DNA of 64,000 nucleotides from Acholeplasma sp. CAG:878 (GCA_000432255.1 HF989914.1:11270-75269), one strand, 5' to 3'; shown: positions 17,940-27,549, counted from the stretch's first letter. Notes: a model not told the origin generated them from the letters alone. Made by a program: numbers and translations.

Positions 17940-20576
17940 TTACTTTCTATCCCCAGATTTGATTGCGGCTTGTGCGGCTGCTAATCTTGCAATCGGAACT
18001 CTATATGGTGAGCAAGAAACATAATTTAGTCCGATATTATGACAGAACTCTATGCTTGATGGCTCTCCACCATGTTCACCACAAATACCAAGCTTAATAT
18101 CTGGTCTAGTTTTTTTACCTTTTTCTACAGCCATTTTAACTAATTGTCCAACACCTACCTGATCTAATTTAGCAAATGGGTCAATTTCATAAATTCTATT
18201 TTGATAATATGAATCCAAGAACTTACCAGCATCATCTCTTGAGAAACCGAAGGTCATTTGTGTTAAGTCATTAGTTCCAAATGAGAAGAATTCTGCTTCT
18301 TTAGCAATTAAATCTGCTGTTAGAGCTGCTCTTGGTATTTCAATCATAGTACCAATATGATATTTAATATCTGAATTTTTTTCCTTTTTAACTTCTTCTG
18401 CAACTTTAACCACAATATCTTTAACAAACTTAAGTTCTTTTTCTTCTCCAACTAATGGAATCATAATTTCAGGAACAATATCATAACCTTCTTCTTCCTT
18501 AACTTCAATGGCAGCTTCCATTAAAGCTCTAGTTTGCATACAAGCTATTTCAGGATAAGTAACTGCTAATCTACAACCTCTATGTCCCATCATTGGATTA
18601 AATTCATGAAGTTCAGAGATTTTATTTTTTAAATGTTCTACTGTAACATTCATATCTTTAGCTAAAGCAATAATATCCTCTTCTAAAGTTGGTAAAAATT
18701 CATGTAGTGGTGGGTCTAGGTATCTAACTGTCATAGGAAGCTCTTTTAATTCTTTATACATAGCTTTAAAATCACCTTTTTGGAATGGTATTAATTCATT
18801 TAAAGCTGCCACTCTATCTTCTACTGTTTCAGATAAAATCATTTTTCTGATTTTAGGAATTCTATTTTCTTCAAAGAACATGTGTTCTGTTCTACATAAT
18901 CCAATTCCTTCTGCTCCTAGTTCAACTGCTTTTTTAGTATCACGAGGATTATCAGCATTAGTTCTTACTTTAAGTGTTCTATATTCATCAGCCCATGACA
19001 TAATTCTTCCAAAATCACCACTAACAGTTGCTTCTTTTGTTTCAATATCACCAGCATAAATTTTACCAGTATTACCATCTAGAGAAATATAATCACCTTC
19101 ATGGAAAGTAATTCCTCCTAAAGTAAATTCTTTAGCTTCTTCATTAATGTTAATAGCTCCACATCCAGCTACACAGCAAGTTCCCATACCACGAGCAACA
19201 ACAGCAGCATGTGATGTTCTTCCACCTCTTACAGTTAGAATACCTTGAGCTGCTACCATACCTTCGATATCTTCTGGTGTAGTTTCTAATCTAACTAAAA
19301 CTACTCTTTCACCCTTACCACCTTTACCTAACATTTTAGCTTCTTCGGCAGTAAACACTACTTTACCAGCAGCAGCACCTGGGCTTGCAGGAAGTCCCTC
19401 ACCAATACTTTTTGCTTCTTTTAAAGATTTTACATCAAATGTTGGATGAAGTAATTGATCTAAACTTTTAGCATCAATTCTTAAAACTGCTTCCTCTTTT
19501 GTAATCATTCCTTCATCTACTAAGTCACATGCTATTTTAATAGCGGCATGAGCAGTTCTTTTACCATTTCTAGTTTGTAAGAAATATAGTTTACCTTCTT
19601 CGATAGTAAATTCCATATCTTGCATATCTTTATAATGGTTTTCTAACTTATTAGCTAAAGTTATAAATTCATCATAGCATTCTGGTAAATCTTCTTTTAG
19701 TTTAGTAATAGGTTCTGGAGTTCTAACACCAGCAACTACATCCTCTCCTTGAGCATTAATTAAATATTCACCATAAATACCTTTTTCTCCTGTTGCAGGG
19801 TCTCTTGTAAATGCAACACCTGTTCCACTAGTTTCGCCCATATTACCAAATACCATTGATTGAACATTAACAGCCGTTCCCCAATCTCCTGGAATATCAT
19901 TCATTCTTCTATAAACGATTGCTCTTTGGTTGTTCCATGAACGGAAAACTGCTTTAACAGCACCCATCAATTGTTCTTTTGGATTTTGTGGGAATTCTTC
20001 CCCGTTCATATGGTCACTATAAACTTTTTTAAATCTTTTTACTAACTCTTTTAAATCATCAACAGTAAGTTCTGTATCATAACATACACCTTTTTCATTT
20101 TTTAATTCATCAATGATTTTTTCAAAGAAAGATTTATTTACTTCCATTACTACATCAGAATACATTTGAATAAATCTTCTATAAGAATCATAGGCAAATC
20201 TAGGATTGTTAGTTTTTTTTGCAAAGCCTTCAACTGCTACATCATTTAATCCTAAATTAAGAATTGTATCCATCATACCAGGCATACTCGCTCTAGCACC
20301 ACTTCTTACTGATACTAACAATGGATTTTCAGTATCCCCAAATTTTTTTCCTTGTAATTTTTCTAATTCTTCTAAAGCATCAAAAATTTGTGTTTCAATT
20401 TCTTTAGAAATTTCGCATCCATTGTCATAGTAATTGGTACAAGCTTCTGTTGTAATTGTAAATCCTTGAGGTATAGGTAATCCTAAATTAGTCATTTCGG
20501 CTAAGTTTGCTCCTTTACCACCAAGTAAATTACGCATATCTTTGTTACCTTCACTAAAGGCATAAACATATTTCAT
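17940..20576 (-). CDS. ppdK: Pyruvate, phosphate dikinase
   Basis: 878 aa with PEP-utilising enzyme motifs: ATP-grasp N-terminus, central phospho-His region (GGRTSHAAVVARGMG), TIM-barrel C-terminus. Confidence 0.9.
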   Translation of the reverse strand: MKYVYAFSEGNKDMRNLLGGKGANLAEMTNLGLPIPQGFTITTEACTNYYDNGCEISKEIETQIFDALEELEKLQGKKFGDTENPLLVSVRSGARASMPGMMDTILNLGLNDVAVEGFAKKTNNPRFAYDSYRRFIQMYSDVVMEVNKSFFEKIIDELKNEKGVCYDTELTVDDLKELVKRFKKVYSDHMNGEEFPQNPKEQLMGAVKAVFRSWNNQRAIVYRRMNDIPGDWGTAVNVQSMVFGNMGETSGTGVAFTRDPATGEKGIYGEYLINAQGEDVVAGVRTPEPITKLKEDLPECYDEFITLANKLENHYKDMQDMEFTIEEGKLYFLQTRNGKRTAHAAIKIACDLVDEGMITKEEAVLRIDAKSLDQLLHPTFDVKSLKEAKSIGEGLPASPGAAAGKVVFTAEEAKMLGKGGKGERVVLVRLETTPEDIEGMVAAQGILTVRGGRTSHAAVVARGMGTCCVAGCGAININEEAKEFTLGGITFHEGDYISLDGNTGKIYAGDIETKEATVSGDFGRIMSWADEYRTLKVRTNADNPRDTKKAVELGAEGIGLCRTEHMFFEENRIPKIRKMILSETVEDRVAALNELIPFQKGDFKAMYKELKELPMTVRYLDPPLHEFLPTLEEDIIALAKDMNVTVEHLKNKISELHEFNPMMGHRGCRLAVTYPEIACMQTRALMEAAIEVKEEEGYDIVPEIMIPLVGEEKELKFVKDIVVKVAEEVKKEKNSDIKYHIGTMIEIPRAALTADLIAKEAEFFSFGTNDLTQMTFGFSRDDAGKFLDSYYQNRIYEIDPFAKLDQVGVGQLVKMAVEKGKKTRPDIKLGICGEHGGEPSSIEFCHNIGLNYVSCSPYRVPIARLAAAQAAIKSGDRK

Positions 20577-20690
20577 ATTATTTCCTCCTTCTATTTTACT
20601 AGTTAATTATAACAAAAAAAGTTAATATTTTCAATTAACTTTTTCCTATTTTATCTATTTTTTTTAATTATATTAATGTATAAGTTTATT

Positions 20691-22088
20691 TTAACAATCT
20701 TTCATTTTTACCAAAGATAGTTCCCAACTTTCCATCGCATCGTAAACATCTAGGTATAACTCAAATGTTTCATTTAAATTAAGAAAAACTTCATTAGAAA
20801 GTTTGTTTCTATATTTTTCATAATCTCCTATTATACCTTCTTGATGTGGAATTGTTAATTTAATTCCATCTTTTGTTACTTCATTAACAATTATAGTGAT
20901 TTTACCCATAATCATTGGTTCATTAGTTATTACTTTATAATAGGTAATAATTGGTTGAACTTTTTGTTTTTCCAATTCTTCTGCTGTTCCATAACAACCA
21001 TGAAATGGAATATGTGTAAGTTTTATGTAATAATCATTATCTACTATATAATTAACTACATCTTTATTTGGAAAACCTTTGCTTATTATATCTTTTGCTT
21101 CCTCTGGATTTTCTCGCAAATATTTTAAAAATGTATATACACCTGTTGCTTTAAAATGAGGATTTAATTCTGCTATTTGCTTCGCTGTATACCCTTCTAT
21201 ATTAATAGCATTAGGTAGGGCATAAGTCTTTTTCATTAAATATAAAATAAACTCATTAAATATATCATCATATTTAGATAAATCATTAAATAACACTTTA
21301 GAAACATTATCGCTTTTTCCTATTTCATTTTTAAAATAATTAATAAGCAATTTAGAAAAGAAAGAATCGTTCACTTTATTTTCTATTATTTTCTCTAGCG
21401 GTAATTCCATTTTTATTTTGTTTTCATAATTTGATACTTTTTTAAAAAGTATTTCGTATTCTGATAACAAATCAATAAAATCATTCCAATTCTCAGGCTC
21501 TGCACCATTGCCATTTATTTGTTTATTTAATCCATCTATGTTAATTTTTAGTTTCCACGCTATACTTTTATCTCCAGAATATTTTGTATTCCAATCAGCA
21601 ATAATTGTTTTTAATCTATTACAAAATTCATCAAACTTCGAAAGAGAAATCGAAACATTTAAATCATTAATATATGATGTTTTACTATTATCTAAATATA
21701 ATAAAACACATTTATTATTCGTTTTTGTTAAAGATAAGCAATAATTTTCGACAACTACATTAATACTTTCTTTTTTTACTTTATCTTGTGAAAAATCATA
21801 GTTAGGAACACCATAAACCTTTTGTGGTACATTATCCTCTGGTTCTATAACATACTTTTCCTTATTTTCATTTTTTCTTTTTTCTTGAAGCCAATTTGGT
21901 ACTCCGTATACTTCTCTTGGCAAATTATCTTCAGATTCTATAGTATATTTTTCTTTAATTTCATCTTGTTTTGCCCTTGCTTCTTCTTCCCATTGCTTTC
22001 TAATTACATCAGGAATACCATAAACTATTTGAGGCCTATTATCTTCTGCCTCAATATTATATTTATCTTTTTTATTAAATAATCCCAT
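20691..22088 (-). CDS. Hypothetical protein with three N-terminal tandem repeats (KYxIExEDNxPxxVYGVPN) and a C-terminal domain of about 360 aa with no recognised fold
   Basis: Repeats: KYNIEAEDNRPQIVYGIPDV / KYTIESEDNLPREVYGVPNW / KYVIEPEDNVPQKVYGVPNY. The likely start is ATG 22088 (MGLFNKK), preceded by a GGAGGAAAATAAA SD; the first ATG at 22103 is inside that SD. It is the last gene of the island operon. Confidence 0.6.
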   Translation of the reverse strand: MGLFNKKDKYNIEAEDNRPQIVYGIPDVIRKQWEEEARAKQDEIKEKYTIESEDNLPREVYGVPNWLQEKRKNENKEKYVIEPEDNVPQKVYGVPNYDFSQDKVKKESINVVVENYCLSLTKTNNKCVLLYLDNSKTSYINDLNVSISLSKFDEFCNRLKTIIADWNTKYSGDKSIAWKLKINIDGLNKQINGNGAEPENWNDFIDLLSEYEILFKKVSNYENKIKMELPLEKIIENKVNDSFFSKLLINYFKNEIGKSDNVSKVLFNDLSKYDDIFNEFILYLMKKTYALPNAINIEGYTAKQIAELNPHFKATGVYTFLKYLRENPEEAKDIISKGFPNKDVVNYIVDNDYYIKLTHIPFHGCYGTAEELEKQKVQPIITYYKVITNEPMIMGKITIIVNEVTKDGIKLTIPHQEGIIGDYEKYRNKLSNEVFLNLNETFELYLDVYDAMESWELSLVKMKDC

Positions 22089-22130
22089 TTTATTTTCCTC
22101 CATATTATCAATTATATATTTTTCAACATA

Positions 22131-23225
22131 TTAATCATCACCATATACATCTTTTATGCAAAAATTAGGTTTTCTCTCATCAAAATTAAATGTATGAAAT
22201 GAATCTCCTAAGCAATATTTCCAATTTGAACATTTTTCACATTTACTACACTTTGTTCTGTTTTCGGTTCTAAAAATTTTAAATCTATTTTCCCATACAT
22301 CAACAAAATTATCAGTTTTGATATTTCCTTGAATAAATTCTTTTCTTCTTTCTACATCTGGACATATAAATATATCACCGTTGCTTAAAATGCTTGCTAC
22401 ATATAACCCAGCAGTACATATAAAATAAGTATCTCGTATTTCTTTTTCTAAATTTATTCCTAAATAATGACTACAACCATATTCAACATTCATTAAATTT
22501 TCTTCTCTTTTTTCTTTTATAAAATTGAATAAATATTTATAATCTTCTTTATCTAATAAAATATCGTTGTTGTTTTTAGCTCTTCCTATTGGGTCTACAT
22601 TTATAACTCTCCATGAAATAACATTTAACTCTTTCATCAAATTATATACATCTTCTAATTCATGAATATTTTTTTTGTTAGCAACTGTTGTAACTTGAAC
22701 AATCTTAATACTTGGTACTTGTTGTAATTTTTTTATGTTATTAATAATTTTATCAAAACTATTCGGTACTTTTCTAAAACTTTCATGAGTTTCTTTTAAA
22801 CCATCTAAACTAATAGATATAGTTTCCATATTAGTATCAATCATCTTATTAATAATTTCATCATTTATTAACATTCCATTTGTTGTCATGCCCCATCTAA
22901 ATCCAAGTTCACAAGCATACTTCATAAGAGTAAATAAGTCTTTTCTAACTAATGGTTCTCCTCCAGTAACATTTAAAAGTATTTCATTAGCATTATATCT
23001 TTCAGAAATATCTCTTAATGTTCTTTTTAAATCTTCTATACTTATTTCATCTTTTAAAATTGTATCACCGCAACTACTACCACAGTGTTCGCATCTTGCA
23101 TTACATCTTAATGTCACTTCTAAAAATAAATCTTTTAAAATTGGTTTTTCATAGAGTTTTTTTCTGTAATCAGCTAATTTATCCATGTTATCAATTTTAA
23201 TTTTTTTTATATATTCTTCATTCAT
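22131..23225 (-). CDS. Radical SAM enzyme with C-terminal SPASM domain (peptide/protein-modifying maturase type)
   Basis: CNARCEHCG (CX3CX2C), GGEPL, and a C-terminal Cys cluster C...C...CSKCEKCSNWKYC (SPASM, 7 Cys). AGGTG SD. Confidence 0.85.
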   Translation of the reverse strand: MNEEYIKKIKIDNMDKLADYRKKLYEKPILKDLFLEVTLRCNARCEHCGSSCGDTILKDEISIEDLKRTLRDISERYNANEILLNVTGGEPLVRKDLFTLMKYACELGFRWGMTTNGMLINDEIINKMIDTNMETISISLDGLKETHESFRKVPNSFDKIINNIKKLQQVPSIKIVQVTTVANKKNIHELEDVYNLMKELNVISWRVINVDPIGRAKNNNDILLDKEDYKYLFNFIKEKREENLMNVEYGCSHYLGINLEKEIRDTYFICTAGLYVASILSNGDIFICPDVERRKEFIQGNIKTDNFVDVWENRFKIFRTENRTKCSKCEKCSNWKYCLGDSFHTFNFDERKPNFCIKDVYGDD

Positions 23226-23236
23226 ATTTACACCTA

Positions 23237-24685
23237 TTATTTTTCATTCAGTATTTGAATAGACTTTTTTCTTTCTCCAGCATACCAATAAATTAAATGC
23301 TTTATACTTTTTATATCATCTAAATCATTTGTATTATTATATTGTTCTATATTTCTATTCACTATAGCACTTAAAATAGTCCCATCTTCTTGTATATCAA
23401 CTATATATAAGCAAATTCCTGTCCAACTTCTATATATGTAAAACTTATTATTTTCATAAAATGCAAACCAATGGTCTTCCATTTCTTTTGGAATATGTCC
23501 TTTTTTTAATTTGGTTAAATTTTCTTTCGTAAGTTTTAAATCTAATTTAATTTTTTTTGTTTCATTTGGCATATCAAGAATTTTCCAACTTTTTCTAGTT
23601 GCTATTTCATCTTCTTCGTATAAATATTTATCATAATCGTTTAATTTGTTAATAAATTTATTTATTAATTCAGATACATAATCTTTTTTTTGAATTACTT
23701 TTAACCATTCTTGTGGTATTTCATCAAAACCATAGATTAAACCTGCTAAACCACCAGTTAAAGCTCCAATAGTATCTGTATCATCACCGAGATTAACTGC
23801 TTTTAGTAAAGCATCTTTATAATTGTTTGTCGTTAAAATGGTCCACATAACTGCTTCTAAGGTATCAACAATATAGCCACTTGACTTTATTTCTTTTTCA
23901 CCTAAATTACTAATGTCATCTACTAAAATCCTTTTATATATATTTAAAGTAATTTCTTTGTCTCCTTTTAAAACATCACAATTATTAAACCATTTTTTTA
24001 GTAAAATATAAGCATCTTTTGGATTTATACCGTCTAATAAGTATTCTATATATTTTGAATAAATAAAACATCCAATTTTACTATATATATGTGAATGAGT
24101 TAAAGAAGAACCAGTATAAATAAAATTTTTAAATAAATTATCGTCTAAAATTAACATATTACCATAAATTGCTAATGGTAAAATACGCATCAATGAACCA
24201 TTTCCATTTGAACTAATATCATCATATCCACAATTAATTAATTTTTCTAATTTTGAATCATTAATGATATTTTCATTGTATTTTTCTTTTTTGTTTTTGT
24301 AATTTGTTAAAGAATAATTAGTAGAATTTCCTATATCAAAAACATTATTAAATGGCGTGTATTTACTATTAATTTTCCAATTTAAAAATGCATCTAATAT
24401 ATTTTTAAACATTGTATAAGTATTCATATCATCAATCGGTGTATTTACAATTGCATCCATGGTTGCTAATACCATAGAAGTATCATCACTCCAAGTTCCT
24501 TTCGGTTGATTATGCGTTCCATATTCTTCCATATCTTTTACTTTTTTTCTTTTTAGTATATTTCTACTTTGAAACTCAATTGGAACACCTAGAGCATCGC
24601 CTACAACAAATCCCATAATACTTGCTTTTATTCGATTTGATTTATTTAAATTTTTAGTTAAATTAGATTTATTACTAAGTATCAT
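23237..24685 (-). CDS. ADP-ribosylglycohydrolase (ARH/DraG family) with an extra C-terminal domain of about 140 aa
   Basis: N-terminal IMGFVVGDALGVPIEF and C-terminal GDDTDTIGALTGGLAGLIYGFDEIPQEW ARH motifs. Residues from about 345 to the end form an additional domain with no recognised homology. Confidence 0.85.
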   Translation of the reverse strand: MILSNKSNLTKNLNKSNRIKASIMGFVVGDALGVPIEFQSRNILKRKKVKDMEEYGTHNQPKGTWSDDTSMVLATMDAIVNTPIDDMNTYTMFKNILDAFLNWKINSKYTPFNNVFDIGNSTNYSLTNYKNKKEKYNENIINDSKLEKLINCGYDDISSNGNGSLMRILPLAIYGNMLILDDNLFKNFIYTGSSLTHSHIYSKIGCFIYSKYIEYLLDGINPKDAYILLKKWFNNCDVLKGDKEITLNIYKRILVDDISNLGEKEIKSSGYIVDTLEAVMWTILTTNNYKDALLKAVNLGDDTDTIGALTGGLAGLIYGFDEIPQEWLKVIQKKDYVSELINKFINKLNDYDKYLYEEDEIATRKSWKILDMPNETKKIKLDLKLTKENLTKLKKGHIPKEMEDHWFAFYENNKFYIYRSWTGICLYIVDIQEDGTILSAIVNRNIEQYNNTNDLDDIKSIKHLIYWYAGERKKSIQILNEK

Positions 24686-24696
24686 TATAACACATC

Positions 24697-26013
24697 CTAT
24701 ATTCTAAATTGTTGAAAAGAAGATTTGCAAACATTTAATTTTTCTGCTTCATGTATTTTTTCTTCTATATCTAATTGTTCTAATTTCTTATCTATTTCTT
24801 TTATTAAATTATCAATTTTAGTTGGTTCATTTGATAATTCAGTTTCAAATTGATTTCCAAAGTTTTCTTTTTTTAAACGAACAAACTGTTCAAGATTAAA
24901 CATTTTAATTTGCTTTTTTTCTAATACTGGCTTATCTATGTTCAATTTTTCAACTGGTATATATAATGAATCTACTTTTTCTTCATATTCTTGATTATTA
25001 ATAAATAATTTTATTGTTTTAGAAATTATTACTAAGTCACTTAGTTTAGTTATATAGTTTCCATATTTTTCAATCAAATCTTCGTAAGAACGTGTACCTA
25101 TTTCAAATCTAATATTTCTTGAAATTCCAGAACTTAACATATCACTTAATTCATTAACCATTTCTAATACATCAATATTATCAAGTACAAAATTAAATTT
25201 ATTATATTTTTTTGAGTTTATTAATATTGTAAATAATTGTTCAATAAACATTGTTGCAACATTATTTATATATCTATTTTCATCTTTGGCAATTAAGAAA
25301 ATAGCAGTCGGTTTAGTCATAATATCATCATAACTAAATGTAGTTTTGTTAAGTAAAACACTTAACATTTCTCTACTTACGTAAGTTCTTAATTTTTCTC
25401 TTGCAACTGAAACTATACTTCCTTTTGTTTCTTTTGGAGCAAGAAAAGTAGACGCCGCAAAAATATAAGATTGTGAACATGGATTTTTCAATTTAAAATA
25501 TTGAGTTATATAATCGCTAGTAGCATAATTGTTATTTATTCCATTAAACATTAAATTAACACTGTTTAAATTAATTTCTTCTTCCTTGCCATCCTCAAAT
25601 AATCCAAGCACAATACCAGTATAAAAATCTGATGCCGTATTTGACCAAAATGGGTCTATTGTAGAATTTTCGTAAAACATTATTTTTGCTTGTTTTTCTA
25701 TATAATCTATAGCTTCATCAATCATACCTTTCTTATATAAATTATAAGGATATTCTAAAGGATTCCAACCATCACTTTTATTTAAATCTCTTAAATTTAA
25801 TATAATAATATTATAGTTTTTATTCTTTAAATCATTATAATATTTATTTATGTATTCCTCTTTTGAATCTAGTATTAATAAACTTTGTCCATCATTAATC
25901 GCTTCCCCAACTAATGGAAACAATACATTTGATGTTTTACCAGATGAAATATCACCTGATACAATTAAATTTTTTTTACTATTAAGCATTTCTTTTAATA
26001 TTTCTTTTTTCAT
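24697..26013 (-). CDS. VirD4/TraG/TrwB-family (type IV coupling protein-like) P-loop ATPase core, without the N-terminal transmembrane segment
   Basis: Walker A LIVSGDISSGKTSNVLFPLV, then LLILDSKEEY, GWNPL and DPFWSNTASDFYTGIVLGL, which match the T4SS-DNA_transf / TrwB hallmark series (GxGKT...DpKgE...NPL...dpfW.nsA). Only 438 aa and no predicted TM helices. Confidence 0.7.
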   Translation of the reverse strand: MKKEILKEMLNSKKNLIVSGDISSGKTSNVLFPLVGEAINDGQSLLILDSKEEYINKYYNDLKNKNYNIIILNLRDLNKSDGWNPLEYPYNLYKKGMIDEAIDYIEKQAKIMFYENSTIDPFWSNTASDFYTGIVLGLFEDGKEEEINLNSVNLMFNGINNNYATSDYITQYFKLKNPCSQSYIFAASTFLAPKETKGSIVSVAREKLRTYVSREMLSVLLNKTTFSYDDIMTKPTAIFLIAKDENRYINNVATMFIEQLFTILINSKKYNKFNFVLDNIDVLEMVNELSDMLSSGISRNIRFEIGTRSYEDLIEKYGNYITKLSDLVIISKTIKLFINNQEYEEKVDSLYIPVEKLNIDKPVLEKKQIKMFNLEQFVRLKKENFGNQFETELSNEPTKIDNLIKEIDKKLEQLDIEEKIHEAEKLNVCKSSFQQFRI

Positions 26014-26389
26014 ACTTCCTCCTCAACACCTTTTCTTCAGTTGTTTCTTGTAATTCATTTATTTTTTTAAGAGCGCTTTGTTGTTGTAATATTTCTAATC
26101 TTTTGTATTTTAAACTTAACAAATATATTCTTTCTTCAATTTCTTTTTTCTTTTTTTCTAATATCTCATTATTCAAATGATTTTTATAAGTAGCAATTTC
26201 TTCTAAAGTAAAATCTAGAGATTTAAGTAATTTAATTAATTCGCATTCAATAACATTTTCATCACTATAATACCTATAACCAGTAAAATTATCTATTTGA
26301 CTTGGTTCTAGAACTCCATATTGTGCATAAAACCTTAAGGTTCTAACAGGAATACCCACGATTTTTGAAAAATCGCCAATCTTATACAT
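25982..26389 (-). CDS. MerR-family transcriptional regulator
   Basis: MYKIGDFSKIVGIPVRTLRFYAQYGVLEPS (MerR HTH), followed by a coiled-coil. The start at ATG 26389 has an AAAGGAG SD. The 3' end overlaps the ATPase gene start by 32 nt. Confidence 0.8.
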   Translation of the reverse strand: MYKIGDFSKIVGIPVRTLRFYAQYGVLEPSQIDNFTGYRYYSDENVIECELIKLLKSLDFTLEEIATYKNHLNNEILEKKKKEIEERIYLLSLKYKRLEILQQQSALKKINELQETTEEKVLRRKYEKRNIKRNA

Positions 26390-26700
26390 ATTATCTACTC
26401 CTTTTAATACCAACTATTCCTCCTTTCAAATAAAGTTTAACATTTCAGTCATATGGAGAGTCAATACCTTTTTGCATTTCATAACAAAAGTTTGATTATT
26501 ATAGTTTTAACAAAGTATTTTATTTTTTATATTATATTTACTTATTAACATTATAACATGTTTTTTCATATTTTGTTTAAATATTAAAATAATCAATAAT
26601 TTATTTTAAATATATAACAAAAAAATTAACTCAATTATACTGAATTAATTTTTTATAAATTTTGTTTCACATCATTTACAAATATACACTTTTTACTATT

Positions 26701-27549
26701 TTATTTATTTTTCATAAAACATTCATAAACGTTATTTAATAACATTGCAACTGTCATAGGACCAACTCCTCCTGGAACTGGTGAATAATTTAAAATTCCA
26801 TCCTTTTTTACATCTCCATATAATTTTCCTTGAAATCTTGTTATTCCAACATCAACAATAATAGCATCTTCCTTAACCATATCTTTTGTAATTAAATCCT
26901 TAACACCAGTTGCTGATACTAATATATCAGCATCTTTAGTATATTCTCTTAAGTTTTTGGTATATGAATGACATATTGTAACTGTTGCATTTTCTTGTAA
27001 AAATAGTTGTCCTAATGGTTTACTGACTAAATTACTTCTTCCTATGATTACAACATTACAATCTAATTTAACATTATAATATTTCAATAATTTTATTACT
27101 CCTAGGGAAGTACATGGAACTAAATTATTATTACCCTTAAATAAATTACCCATATTAGTTGTAGTTAATCCATCAACGTCTTTATTAGGACTTATTAGAT
27201 CAAGTAGCCTATTTTCATTCAAATAACTTGGCAATGGGAGTTGAATTAGTATACCAGATACACTGTTATCATTATTTAATTCGATTATTTTGTTTGCTAA
27301 TTCTTCTTCTTTAACATTATCATACTTTAAATGTTTAAAAGATATTCCTACTTCTTCACAAGCCTTTCTTTTTGAGTTAACATAAACGTTACTTGCTTCA
27401 TCATTTCCAACTTGAATTACTACTAATTTGGGATTAATATTATTTTTGATAATATTATCTTTTATATTTTGCTTTATTTCAAGACTCACTTTTTTTCCAT
27501 CTAAAATCAAAATATCACTCCCCAAATTTATATTTTGAAGTAATTTCAT
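26701..27549 (-). CDS. folD: Bifunctional methylenetetrahydrofolate dehydrogenase/cyclohydrolase
   Basis: [12 protein letters not shown]..., [13 protein letters not shown]. The N-terminal start is uncertain (35-nt overlap with the glyA 3' end). Confidence 0.85.
   Translation of the reverse strand: MKLLQNINLGSDILILDGKKVSLEIKQNIKDNIIKNNINPKLVVIQVGNDEASNVYVNSKRKACEEVGISFKHLKYDNVKEEELANKIIELNNDNSVSGILIQLPLPSYLNENRLLDLISPNKDVDGLTTTNMGNLFKGNNNLVPCTSLGVIKLLKYYNVKLDCNVVIIGRSNLVSKPLGQLFLQENATVTICHSYTKNLREYTKDADILVSATGVKDLITKDMVKEDAIIVDVGITRFQGKLYGDVKKDGILNYSPVPGGVGPMTVAMLLNNVYECFMKNK

Noticed and set aside
26414-26700. Integration scar or attachment-site repeats flanking the five-gene island
   Set aside because: No direct repeats, tRNA or recombinase were found at either border (26414-26700 or 20577-20690). 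The island boundaries are inferred only from gene content.
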